This document shows, piece by piece, positions 31,043 to 42,098 of a stretch of 64,000 nucleotides of DNA (position 1 is the stretch's first letter; each line of letters opens with the position of its first letter). The notes below the pieces were generated by a model. It saw only the letters and a list, made by a program, of their open reading frames with translations, did no database searches and was not told the origin of the DNA. The translations under genes were made by a program, and so were the position numbers. The DNA is taken from positions 2,495-66,494 of the forward strand of contig CAVXIG010000039.1 in assembly GCA_963761645.1 (NCBI GenBank), read 5' to 3'. The DNA is from an uncultured Acidobacteriota bacterium (GTDB taxonomy: Bacteria; Acidobacteriota; Thermoanaerobaculia; Multivoradales; UBA5704).

Positions 31043-32627
31043 TCAGCGCCACTGGAAGTAGGGGGACCCGAGGATCAGGGCGATCAACCCCGGGGCCTGC
31101 CGGTTCAGATACCACCCGGGAACCCGCGCGCCGGCGGGCTTTCCCTGGGCTACGTAGTCGATGAGGCGCGCGCGGTCGGGCTCGTCGAGCCTCCGCTGCA
31201 GGAAGAGGGAGGCCATGGCGTCGACGAGCTGGGCCGAGGTCTTGGCTCCCGAGCGGGCGACGATGCCGCGCACGGGCACCAGCACGTCGTCGCCGAACCA
31301 GCCGAGCGTCAGCGCCGAGGCGAGGTTCCAGCGGTTCAGCAGGCCGTTGGTGTTGGCCCAGGCGGCGCCGACGTCCGGGTAGCCGTTGGGGGGCTCCCAT
31401 TCGAAAGGCACTTGGCCGAGCGGATAGAGGGAGTAGATCAGGTTGTCGAGGCCGTCCGGCGTCACCTGGGCGCCGAGGGCGCGCAGGGCGGCGACCAGGA
31501 ACTCGTAAGGGCGCCGCAGCTTCTGCTCGGCGGCGGCAAAGAATTCGTCGGAGAGCAGGATCGTGCGCAGCACGGCGCGGATGTCGCCGCCGGTCGAGGA
31601 GAAGGTCGCCGCCGCCCGGGTCACCAGCGCGGGGGGCGGGACATCGGCGACGAAACGGCGGCAGAGCTTGGTGCTGATGAAGCGGGCGCAGGCGGGGTGG
31701 CGCGCCAGGGTCTCCAGCACCCGCCGGCCGTCGAGCGCCCCTGGATCGCCGCCGGCGATGGCGACGCCGAGGACGGTCTTCGGCCCCGGGTCGTGGGCGT
31801 CGGCGTTGAACACCCATTCGCCGTCCGTCCCCTCGCCGTTGTAGTCGACCGACCAGCCGGTGAGGCAGCGGGCCACCTCGCGGACGTCGGTCTGGGTATA
31901 GCCGGCGTCGGAGCCGATGGTGTGCAGCTCCATCAGCTCGCGAGCGTAGTTCTCGTTGGGGCCGTCGGCGACGTTGCTCTCGTTGTCGAGGTAGACCATC
32001 ATCGCCGGGCTGTGCGCCGAGGCGAGCAGGAGGTCGCGGAAGCGGCCGAAGGCCAGGAGGCGCGACACCGTGCGGTCGTCCACCGTCTTCAGCACCGCGA
32101 CGTCGTCCTTGAAGTGATACATGCTGAAGTGGTTGTTCCAGAACTCGACCATCGTCTCGTAGAGCTGCCGCTTGCTGAACAGGGCCCGGTAGAGGGTGGC
32201 CCGCTTCAGCTCCATGGCGACCGAGTAGCCGCCGTCGTCAGCCTCCTCGGCGATGTCGTAGAGCTGCCTGGGCCCGCTTGCCTAGCGTGGGGAAGAGAGC
32301 GGCCACCTGGGCCTCGGCCGCGGAGTCGTCGATCCGCTCGGGATGGAGCTGCTCGTCGAGCCAGGCCTCGATCCCCATCTGACGGGCGCGCTCCAGCTCC
32401 CCCGGCCGCACGCCGAACGTCGTGCGGTGGAGCAGGTGCGCCACGCGGTCGGTCGATTGCGAGAACCGGGCGGTGATCCCCGCCAGCTCCTTGACCGGCA
32501 GGAGCCGCGTCGGCTCGCCGGTCGCCAGGCCCTGGGCGGGCCACGGCCGCAGGAACATCGCCGAGGCGATCCCCGCCCCCGCGGTCCCTTTCAACAGCTC
32601 TCTTCGGGACAGCACGTCGCTGCTCAT
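31043..32627 (-). CDS. DUF1800 family protein; frame broken once
   Basis: N-part ORF 32238..32627 (Tat-like SRRELLKGTAGAGIA; HLLHRTTFGVRPGE). C-part ORF 31043..32215 (LFSKRQLYETMVEFWNNHFS...LMELHTIG). Join near 32262. The 17-nt gap to DUF1501 fits the usual DUF1800-DUF1501 pairing. Confidence 0.8.
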
Positions 32628-32979
32628 CCTGATCCTCTCCTACAGGTTGTTGCCCGTAATTGGAGCACGTCCACGGAAGAAGTCTATGCAGTTGTTTGCA
32701 TGAGCGCACGACCCAGCCCCAAGACCTCCAAAAGGTACTCAGGATGGCTCGCGGCTTGCATTTACGGAACTTCCAGATGATGGCCGAGCTGAGAGCGATC
32801 TTCCGCGGTGGCGTGAGGAAGGGAGGAGCGGACAGGCTGCCCGCCTCCTGGGAAGCGCTCGACGAAGGATTTTCCGGCGGTCGAGCTCCGGTGGCCGCCG
32901 GGCGCCGCCAGGCTGGAGATTGCCCAGCCTCCTCCTGCCGGTCGCGGAGTGGGAATCCAATTTTTTCAACTTCTACGAG

Positions 32980-33718
32980 ATGGACGGGCGGCTGGACAGC
33001 CTGTCTGAGCGTGGCGGGCCGTTCGCCGTCGAGATCCTGGGCGGCGGCGAGGAGCTGCCGCGGACGGCGCGCAAGGTCCTCACCCGCTGCCAGCGGTGGA
33101 TGGACCGCCGCAACGGCGCCTCGCGCGGCGAGCTCTTCGACCGCGTGCTGAGCCGGCACCGGCAGGAGCACGATCTTGCGAAGCCGCTGGTGCGGGCCGA
33201 TTACAACCATGCCCTGGACACCTGGCAGTGGGCGCTCCGGCTCGATCCGGGCGGCGGATCTCGCCGTTCAGCTCGCGGCGCTTCTCCACGACGTCGAGCG
33301 CCTGGTCACCGAGGCGGACCGGCGGATCGAGCACCACGCAGACGATTACCAGGCGTTCAAGGACGAGCACGCGGCGCGGGGGGCCGAGATGGCCGGGGCC
33401 CTGCTCGAAGAGGCCGGCGTCGACGCCGGGACGCGGCGGCGGACGGTCCGCCTGATCGCGGGGCACGAGCATGCCGCGGCGCCGGGCGATCCGGACGCCG
33501 GCGCGATCGCCCTGCTCAACGACGCGGACGCGCTCTCCTTCTTCTCGCTCAACAGCGTGGGATATCTCGACTACTTCGGGCCGGAGGCGACCCGGCGCAA
33601 GGTAGCCTACACCCTGCGGCGGCTCCGCCCGGAGGCTCGCCGGCACCTCGACGGCATGCGTCTGCGCCCCGTTGTATCAGAGGAACTGGAGGCCGTCCTG
33701 GAGGGGGTGGTGGCATGA
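32980..33718 (+). CDS. DUF4202-like helical (HD-like) protein; frame broken once
   Basis: ALDTWQWALRLDP-ADLAVQLAALLHDVERL...YQAFKDEHAARGAEMAGALLEEAGVD...ALLNDADALSFFSLN...YFG follows the DUF4202 pattern as I remember it. ORF 32920.. (ATG 32980) and ORF 33176..33718 join near 33250. The stop overlaps the next start (ATGA). Confidence 0.5.
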
Positions 33719-34786
33719 AGCTGGTGATCTTCGGGCTGACGATCAGCTCGTCGTGGGGGAACGGCCACGCCACGCTCTGGCGGGGGCTCTGCCGGGCGCT
33801 GGCGAAGAGCGGCCACCGGGTCGTCTTCTTCGAGCGGGACGTCCCGTACTACGCCATCCACCGCGACCTGCGCGAGCTCCCCGGCACCGACCTGCGCCTC
33901 TATTCGAGCTGGGAGGAGGTGCTCGCCGCGGCCCGCCGGGAGGTGGCGGACGCCGACGCGGCGATGGTGACCTCCTACTGCCCGGACGGCGTCGCGGCCT
34001 GCGAGCTCGTGCTCGCGGACGGACGGCCCGGTCTCCGTCTTCTACGATCTCGATACCCCGGTCACGCTCGAGCGGCTCAGCGCCGGCGAGAAGGTGCCCT
34101 ATCTGCCGGCCGAGGGGCTCGGCGGCTTCGACCTCGTGCTCTCCTACACCGGCGGCCGCGCCCTCGACGAGCTGCGCGAGCGCCTCGGCGCCCGGCGGGT
34201 GGCCCCGCTCTACGGCAGCGTCGATCCGGAGACGCACCGGCCGGCCGCTCCCGTCCCGGCCTTCCAGGCGGATTTCTCCTATCTCGGCACCTACGCCGCC
34301 GACCGCCAGGAGGCGCTCCAGCGGCTCTTCCTGGAGCCGGCCCGGCGGCTGCCGGAGAAGCGGTTCGTGATCGGCGGCGCCCAGTATCCGGTCGACTTCC
34401 CCTGGGGGACCAACGTCTGGTTCGTCCGCCACCTGCCGCCGGCGGACCACCCGGCCTTCTACGCCTCCTCGCCCCTCACCCTCAACGTGACGCGGGCGGC
34501 CATGGCTGGAATGGGCTACTGCCCCTCCGGCCGGCTGTTCGAGGCGGCGGCCTGCGGCACGGCCGCGCTCTCCGACCGCTGGGAGGGGCTCGACCGCTTC
34601 TTCGAGCCGGGCCGGGAGATCTTCACCGCCGGCGGCACGGAGGAGGTCTTCGAGATCCTCTCCCTCCCGCGCCAGGAGATCGACCGGGTCGCCCGCGCCG
34701 CCCGCGAGCGGACGCTCGCCGAGCACACGGCGGAGCGGCGGGCGGCGGAGATGGTGGAGATGCTGCGGGTGGGGGTGCCGGCATGA
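33715..34786 (+). CDS. CgeB-like glycosyltransferase (DUF3880 + Glyco_trans_1_2 architecture); frame broken once
   Basis: MKLVIFGLTISSSWGNGHATLWRGLCRALAKSGHRVVFFERDVPYY... and C-terminal RLFEAAACGTAALSDRWEGLDRFFEPGREIF...RERTLAEHTAERRAAEM. Join near 34020. ATGA overlaps with both neighbours. Confidence 0.7.
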
Positions 34787-35523
34787 GCATCTGGGGGATC
34801 GTTCCCGCCGCCGGCGTGGGGAGCCGCATCCAGCCGCTCGCCTTCTCCAAGGAGCTGCTGCCGGTGGGCAGCCGCCACGACGGCGAGACGGAGCGGCCCA
34901 AGGCGGTCTCGGAGTACCTCGTCGAGCGGATGATCCTCGCCGGCGCCACCCGGATCTGCTTCACGATCTCCGCCGGCAAGTCGGACATCGTCGAGTACTA
35001 CGGCGGCGGCATCGGCCCGGTCCATATCTGCTACGTCGTGCAGCCGGAGCCGCAGGGGCTCTGCGACGCCCTGTTCCGCGCCCTGCCGCTGATCGGCGCC
35101 GGCGACCAGGTGCTGATCGGCCTGCCGGACACCGTCTGGTTCCCGGAGGACGGCCTCTGCCGTCTCGACGCGGACGCGCTCTCCTTCCTCCTCTTCCCCG
35201 TCCGCAACCCCGAGCTGTTCGACGCCGTGGTGACCGACGACGACGGCCGGGTGCTCGAGATCCAGGTCAAGCGGACGGACGCGTCCAGCTCCTGGGTCTG
35301 GGGAGCGTTCCGCATGCCGGCCAAGGTGTTCCACGATCTCCACGCCCTCTGGCGCGAGCGCGACGGACGGGACGTCTACGTCGGCACCCTGATCAACGAG
35401 TGGCTGGCGCGCGGCGGCGTGGCCCGCGGGGTCCGCGCCGGCGAGGCCTATGTAGACGTCGGCACGCTCCACGGCTACCGCGAGGCGATTCAACTTCTGG
35501 AGCGGCGCGAGGTGCTGGCGTGA
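34783..35523 (+). CDS. sugar-phosphate nucleotidyltransferase (NTP_transferase family, RfbA/GalU-like short form)
   Basis: Intact 246-aa reading frame inside ORF 32920..35523. N-terminal GxGxR loop VPAAGVGSRIQPLAFSKELLPV, then QPEPQGLCDAL and GLPDTVW. Confidence 0.75.
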   Translation: MSIWGIVPAAGVGSRIQPLAFSKELLPVGSRHDGETERPKAVSEYLVERMILAGATRICFTISAGKSDIVEYYGGGIGPVHICYVVQPEPQGLCDALFRALPLIGAGDQVLIGLPDTVWFPEDGLCRLDADALSFLLFPVRNPELFDAVVTDDDGRVLEIQVKRTDASSSWVWGAFRMPAKVFHDLHALWRERDGRDVYVGTLINEWLARGGVARGVRAGEAYVDVGTLHGYREAIQLLERREVLA

Positions 35524-36404
35524 TCGAAGCGGTGAAGCTGTGGAACGAGCCGAACAACAAGTCGCACTGGGATTTCGAGATCGATCCCGAATGGAAGCTG
35601 TTCGCCCGCATGGCGACGCTGGCGGGCGACGCCGTCCGCGGCGAGAACGGCACGCTGACCCGCGTCCTCGGCGGCATCTCGCCGATCGACGCCAAGTTCG
35701 TCCTCAACATGAAGGAGCAGGGCGTGCTCGATCACGTCGACGCCATCGCCGTCCACGGCTTTCCGCTCGACTGGAACCACTGGCAGATCAACGAGTGGCC
35801 CGACCGGCTGGCCGAGGTCCAGGCGCTGACCGACCTGCCGGTCTGGGTGACCGAGGTGGGGGTCTCGAGCTTCGGCGCCGAGGAGGTGCAGGAGTTCGGC
35901 CTCCGCCGCACCGCCGAGCTGCTCCTCGGCCGCGCGCCGCGCATCCACTGGTACAGCCTCTACGACCTGCCGCGCGCCTGGCCGGCCACCACCCGCCACC
36001 GCGAGGCCGAGGGCTCGTCCTACTACCGGCACTTCTACATGGGTATCCTGCGCGAGGACGGCACCCCCAAGCTCTCCCTGAAGCACTTCTCCGATTTCAC
36101 GCCCGAGCTCGGCATCTGCCAGTGGTTCCACTTCGAGGACCACCGGCTCGACGACGCCATCCGCTGGCTGCGCCAGCTCGGGGTCAAGCGGCTGCGCACC
36201 GGCCTCTCCTGGGCGGACAGCTTCCGCCCCGGCGCCGACGCCTGGTTCGACCACCAGATGAAGGCCCTCGACGAGTTCGACGTCACCCTCACCTACTGCT
36301 TCACCCCGGAGCACCGCGGCATCCAGCCGCACCACACGAGCCCGCCGCAATGCCTGGAGGAGTACGCGGACTTCTGCGCCCGGATGACGAAGCGGTACGC
36401 GTAA
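35520..36404 (+). CDS. clan GH-A type TIM-barrel glycoside hydrolase-like protein, apparently circularly permuted
   Basis: GTG 35520 overlaps the upstream stop (GTGA). The protein starts at the acid/base motif KLWNEPNN. Nucleophile-like motif LPVWVTEVG. The C-terminal part GVKRLRTGLSWADSF...FDVTLTYCFTPEH...EEYADFCARMTKRYA resembles the usual N-terminal strands. Intact. Confidence 0.6.
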   Translation: MIEAVKLWNEPNNKSHWDFEIDPEWKLFARMATLAGDAVRGENGTLTRVLGGISPIDAKFVLNMKEQGVLDHVDAIAVHGFPLDWNHWQINEWPDRLAEVQALTDLPVWVTEVGVSSFGAEEVQEFGLRRTAELLLGRAPRIHWYSLYDLPRAWPATTRHREAEGSSYYRHFYMGILREDGTPKLSLKHFSDFTPELGICQWFHFEDHRLDDAIRWLRQLGVKRLRTGLSWADSFRPGADAWFDHQMKALDEFDVTLTYCFTPEHRGIQPHHTSPPQCLEEYADFCARMTKRYA

Positions 36405-36419
36405 GCCCGCGCCGTTTTC

Positions 36420-37160
36420 CCTTCCGCGGCGAAGGACCGCCTCAGCTCCGCGAGGCCCGGCTCCTGCAGCCACTCGATCAGAGCTGTCAGGATCCGCTGA
36501 ATGTCCTCCGGACCCCGGCTCTTCTCCAGCCGGAACAACGCCGCGGCCAGATTCCGCAGCGACTCCAACTCGGAGTCGGCGATCTGTGCTTCGTCCAGCA
36601 GGCAATACCGCAACCGCGGGCGGTACTGCTCCAGGCCACCCGGAACCTCCTCGATCAGCTCGGCGAGCTCCCGAACGGCGCCCCAGGGCGCAGTCCCATT
36701 ATAGAGAACCAGCGGCAGAACCGGTGGAAGCTTGCCCGCGGTGGTCAATTGCCGGTGCTGAACGAGGTCCTGATAGAGCAAGCCCACGTAGACCTGCACC
36801 CGGAGAGCCATGAATGGATCCACGGTGGACTGGAATTCGATCAGCAGATAGACGTAAAGCCAGCGGTCCTGTCCCCAGCGGACCCGCCAGACGATGTCGC
36901 TCTCACGGCTGCGCAGCTCCGGAGTGACGTAGCTCCCGGAGATCCGGTCGCGCGCCGAGAAGTCCCGTCCGAACCCAGTCTCGCGGATGCGGCCGGCGCA
37001 CGCAGGTCTCATCCGCCATCTCGGGATGCGAAGAGCCGTCTGGTATCCGAATTATCGTGCTCCGCCACCGCGAGAGGCGACTCAGAACTCGCGGGGGGCG
37101 GTCCGAAGAAATCGCGAGCAGGCGATCAGGGAATCGGCGAGCAGCGCGAGCCACGAATCG
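36420..37160 (-). pseudogene. remnant of an Rpn/YhgA-like PD-(D/E)xK recombination-promoting nuclease / putative transposase (Transposase_31 family)
   Basis: ORF 36293..37012 has SGSYVTPELRSRESDIVWRVRW..WLYVYLLIEFQSTVDPFMALRVQVYVGLLYQDL...LPPVLPLVLYNGTAPW...YRPRLRYCLLD. N-terminal pieces HDNSDTRRLFA / SHPEM / DWV lie in three different frames (37010-37110). The C-terminus is missing and the frame runs into the antisense of the hydrolase gene. Confidence 0.65.
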
Positions 37161-37174
37161 CGCGGCCGGAGAGA

Positions 37175-38495
<1,321 letters not shown>

Positions 38496-38582
38496 GAGGA
38501 TCTCCCTTCGAAGCACACCAACAGCTTCTATAATTCCGTGCAACGCATGTGCCATGAAGATGTAAGAAAATCGTTCCCATGA

Positions 38583-38942
38583 GTGATCCCCGCCCTGACG
38601 ATCCGCCCCATCGTCTGCGTCGACCTGAACGGCGTGCTCGACCGCTACACCGGCTGGAAGCACGAGAAGCACTGGGACCCGCCCCGCCCCGGCTCGGAGG
38701 AGTTCCTGCGCCAGCTCAACGAGAGAGGGTTCCGGGTCGTCGTCTTCACCACCCGCTGGGCGGACGACGCCCGCGCCTGGCTTAGCGGACACGGCCTCGA
38801 CCGCTGGGTCTCCGAGGTGACGGACAGGAAGCCCGCCGCCCACGTCTTCGTCGACGACCGCGCGGTCTGCTTCCGTGGGGACTACGGCGAGACGCTGGAG
38901 GAGATCGCCCGTTTCCGGGCGCATTGGGAGGAAGGGGCGTAA
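38583..38942 (+). CDS. small HAD-fold protein (phosphatase-like; motif I reads D-x-N)
   Basis: Motif I VCVDLNGVLD, motif II VVVFTTR, Lys DRKPAA, motif IV VFVDDR. GTG start at 38583. An ATG at 38579 is in another frame. Confidence 0.55.
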   Translation: MIPALTIRPIVCVDLNGVLDRYTGWKHEKHWDPPRPGSEEFLRQLNERGFRVVVFTTRWADDARAWLSGHGLDRWVSEVTDRKPAAHVFVDDRAVCFRGDYGETLEEIARFRAHWEEGA

Positions 38943-38955
38943 AGGACGGCGAGGA

Positions 38956-40796
38956 CTAAAGCGCCTCCCCCACCCCCTGAGTGATCGCGCGGCGCAGCCG
39001 CTCGGCGTAGCGCTCCATCTCGGAGCGCATCCCGGCCGACTCGGCGGGGGCCGAAGACTCCAGGGCCTCGGCGGCGAGGGTGTGGCGGCCGGTCTGGAAG
39101 GCCAGGTAGGCCAGCCGGTAGAAATCGAGCTGGACCCGCTCGGCGCGCGGCGTGCCGCTCCGGCGGGCCACGGCGTCGGCCAGGAGATCCAGCTCGGCCG
39201 GATCGAGATCGAATTCGACGGCGGCGCCGGCGAGGTCCCAGGCGAGGTCCTGGGGACCGACGAGATCGTTCCCGCGGTGGTGATCGAGGGCGTCGGCCTT
39301 GAGGATCTTGCCGCCGCGCGTGACCAGCCACTCCCAGGCGTGCATCTTGTTATCGGTGAGGACGAGCCGCTCCAGGCGGGCCACCTCCGGCAGCCGGCCG
39401 CGCCAGTCCTTGACGATCCCCGCCAGCATCGGCCCGAGCGCCCGCTGGGTATTGAAGACCATCATCTCGAACAGCTTGACCGGCGTCGCCCCGCGCTCCT
39501 CCACCGCCGCCGGCAGATGGACGGCGCGGCAGGCGAGATAGCCCGCGACGGCGTCGAGCAGGCGGAGGCGGTCGACCTCGGGCGCGAGCGGCAGCGGGCG
39601 AACCTCCTCCAGCCAGGGGCCGACCAGGAAGCCGTGGCGCAGCCCGGCGATCGGCGGGATCAGCCCGGCCTCGCCGAGGACCCGGGCGACCGCCAGCTTC
39701 TCCCGGCCATAGCGGCCGAGCCCGGCGAACTTGAGCAGCCAGCGCCGCCCCCCCGCGGCGAGCAGGTACTTGCGCCGCTCCCCCTGGACGTCCGCCGCCG
39801 GCCACAGGGAGCGGTCGGGGAAGAGCTTCTCCCGCCAGCGGCCGGCGCTGAGATCCTCCAGCGCCCCCTCCGGCTCGCCGGTCAGGTCTTTCACCCAGCT
39901 CGCCAGCGGCCAGCGCGCCCGAGGGAGAGGCGAAGAGGTCCTCGAACTCGACCACCTGCCGGCGCGCCCGCTCCCAGCGCGCCCGGTGGCGCTCGCTGGA
40001 GTAGGGGCCCAGGCCGCCGCGGTGGCTGGGGAAGAAGGAGATCGACTCCGGCGCCACCCCGCGGTCCTCCAGCCAGTCGGCCACGCAGCCGAAGGAGCTG
40101 CCGGAGAGCCCCGGCCCCTCGTCCACCACGGCGTAGCGCGGCCGGGCGCCGCCGCCGCTCTCGCCGAGCAGCTCGCGCCCGAGCCACTGGCTGATCCCGA
40201 CCTTGCGCGAGAAGGGGTGCCCCTCGGGGCGCACGCTGGCGATGGTGGCCTGCTCGCCCGCCACCGCCGCCACCGCGGCGGCAAGCCCGGTGCCGATACT
40301 GCGGATGCCGATCACCCGCAGCGGCCCCGCTCTCACCCTCCCCGCGCAACGCGGTCTCGGCGGCGGCAAAAGTAGGTCTCGGGATAGAGGCCGTAGAAGG
40401 CGTACCCCTCGGGAACGGAGACCTCGATCGTCTCGGGGAGCGCGGCGGCGAGGAGCTCGTCGAGCGCGCGCTCGATCGGCGCCGTGGCGAAGCGCGCGTC
40501 CTCTCCCGCGGGGAGGGAGCCGAAGGTGCGGAACGAGGGGAGCAGCACCGCGGCGACTGCCCGGGTCAGCCGCGAGGCCGCCTCCCCCACCGGGCTCGGC
40601 CGCTCGTCGCCGTTCAGCGCGAGCTGCTGGTCGAGCAATCCCTGCTCCAGCTCCCCGGCCTCGACCAGCAGCTCGGCCAGGATGGCGTGGCGCTCGATCC
40701 GCGGCGGGTGGTCACCAGCCGTTCCAGGCCGGCACGCATCGCCGCAACCTTCTCCCGGGGGTCTTCGACCCGCTTGGCATCTCCGTAGACGAGCAT
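38956..40796 (-). CDS. uncharacterised ~613-aa protein: N-terminal helical region, PRTase-like domain, C-terminal protein-kinase/APH-like domain; frame broken about 4 times
   Basis: Pieces: MLVYGDAKRVEDPREKVAAMRAGLERL (from ATG 40796); IERHAILAELLVEAGELEQ...YAFYGLYPETYF; LRVIGIRSIGTGLAAAVAAV...RYAVVDEGPGLSGSSF (PRPP-loop-like); WVKDLTGEPE...RRWLLKFAGLG...LTDNKMHAWEWL...LKADALDHHRGNDLVGPQDLAWDLAGA. Shifts near 40715, 40368, 40325 and 39905. Confidence 0.5.
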
Positions 40797-40834
40797 GAGC
40801 GTCCAGTGTGAATGCAAACGGCGGACCGAAACGG

Positions 40835-41480
40835 CTACTTGCCGAGCGCCGCCTCGGCCGCCGGCAGGGCGAGCCGGGCCCATTCGGCGTACATCGCGCC
40901 CGAGGGGTGGAGGCCGTCCCCGGCGACCAGCGAGCGCTCGGCCGCCGCCTTGCGGGAGATCGGGGTGACGTCCACATAGCGGGCGCCCGCGCGCGCCGTC
41001 TCCTCGCGGTTGATCTGGTTGAAGCGGTCGATCTCGGCGGCGATCTTCCCCCGGTCGCGGCCGCTCTTTTCCGCGAAGGGGGTGACGCCCCAGTCGGGGA
41101 TCGAGAGCACGACCACGCGCTCCGCCCGCCCGCCGGCGAACCCGACCGCCCGCCGCAGCATCGCCACGAAATCGGCCCGGTAGGCCTCCGCGTCCCCTCC
41201 CCGATACTGGTCGTTGACGCCGATCAGCAGCGTCACCAGCTCGTAAGTAGCCCTGAGGGGCCGCGGCATCGATCCCCTGGGAGAGCTCGCGAACGGTCCA
41301 GCCGGTCCGCGCCACGATCTCCGGGTCGGCGACCGCCACTCCCCGCTCCCGCAGCAGCGCCGCCAGCCGGACCGGCCAGCGGTCGGCCGCATCCACGCTC
41401 TCCCCGATCGTGTAGGAATCGCCCAGGGCGAGGTAGCGCGGTGGCCTGGGCGCGTCCTGACAAGAGCATGATCCCGGCAA
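40835..41480 (-). CDS. SGNH/GDSL hydrolase family protein; frame broken once
   Basis: Block I YLALGDSYTIGE, block III LIGVNDQY, block V GDGLHPS. ORFs 40614..41480 and 40835..41506 join near 41265. A signal-peptide-like SWLTLIAGIMLLS exists in a third frame, so the start is uncertain. Confidence 0.7.
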
Positions 41481-41504
41481 TCAACGTGAGCCACGATACT
41501 TGAC

Positions 41505-42014
41505 ATGTCAACTATGTACCCCTACAATGATTCCTGGATGGAAGACCTGAGCCCATTGCAGCGGGAGATCCGGCAGGGAAAGCCCTTCCGCTCCCGCGGA
41601 CAGGAGGTGGTCGTGTCGCTGCTTCGCACGGCGGACCTCGTCCGGCGCGTGGTGGGCCGGACGCTGGAGCCGTATGACATCACGGCCCAACAATACAACG
41701 TGCTGCGCATCCTGCGCGGCGCGGGCGAGCAGGGGCTGCCGACGCTGGAGATCGCCGATCGGATGATCGAGCAGGCGCCCGGCGTCACCCGGCTCCTCGA
41801 CCGCCTCGAGGCCAAGGGGTTCGTGCGCCGGCAGCGCTGCGCCCAGGACCGGCGGCAGGTGCTCTGCTGGCTCACCCCCGCCGGTCTCGAGCTGGTGGAG
41901 CGGCTGGACGAGCCCGTCGACTCCGCGGATGCCGAGGCCGTCGCCATGCTGAGCCCCGAGGAACAGGACCGTCTGCTCCGGATGCTGGACGCGATCCGCG
42001 CCAGCCGCCGGTAA
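41505..42014 (+). CDS. MarR family transcriptional regulator
   Basis: Winged-helix core ITAQQYNVLRILRGAGEQGLPTLEIADRMIEQAPGVTRLLDRLEAKGFVRRQRCAQDRRQVL. Intact. Divergent from the SGNH gene. Confidence 0.85.
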   Translation: MSTMYPYNDSWMEDLSPLQREIRQGKPFRSRGQEVVVSLLRTADLVRRVVGRTLEPYDITAQQYNVLRILRGAGEQGLPTLEIADRMIEQAPGVTRLLDRLEAKGFVRRQRCAQDRRQVLCWLTPAGLELVERLDEPVDSADAEAVAMLSPEEQDRLLRMLDAIRASRR

Positions 42015-42098
42015 AAAAATTTCGTCGAAAGGTTGAACCGACAACCTTTAACCCGACACTCATCCCCCAGGGGAACTTTAATTCAGGAGGAAACGCCG

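Noticed and set aside
32920-35523. 867-aa ORF as a single fusion protein (similarly 26713..28749, 15613..17520, 35540..38389, 36903..38924, 60997..63648)
   Set aside because: Each is a chance read-through joining parts of separate genes or off-frame stretches. The recognisable segments correspond to distinct families with their own start codons and ATGA/GTGA overlaps.
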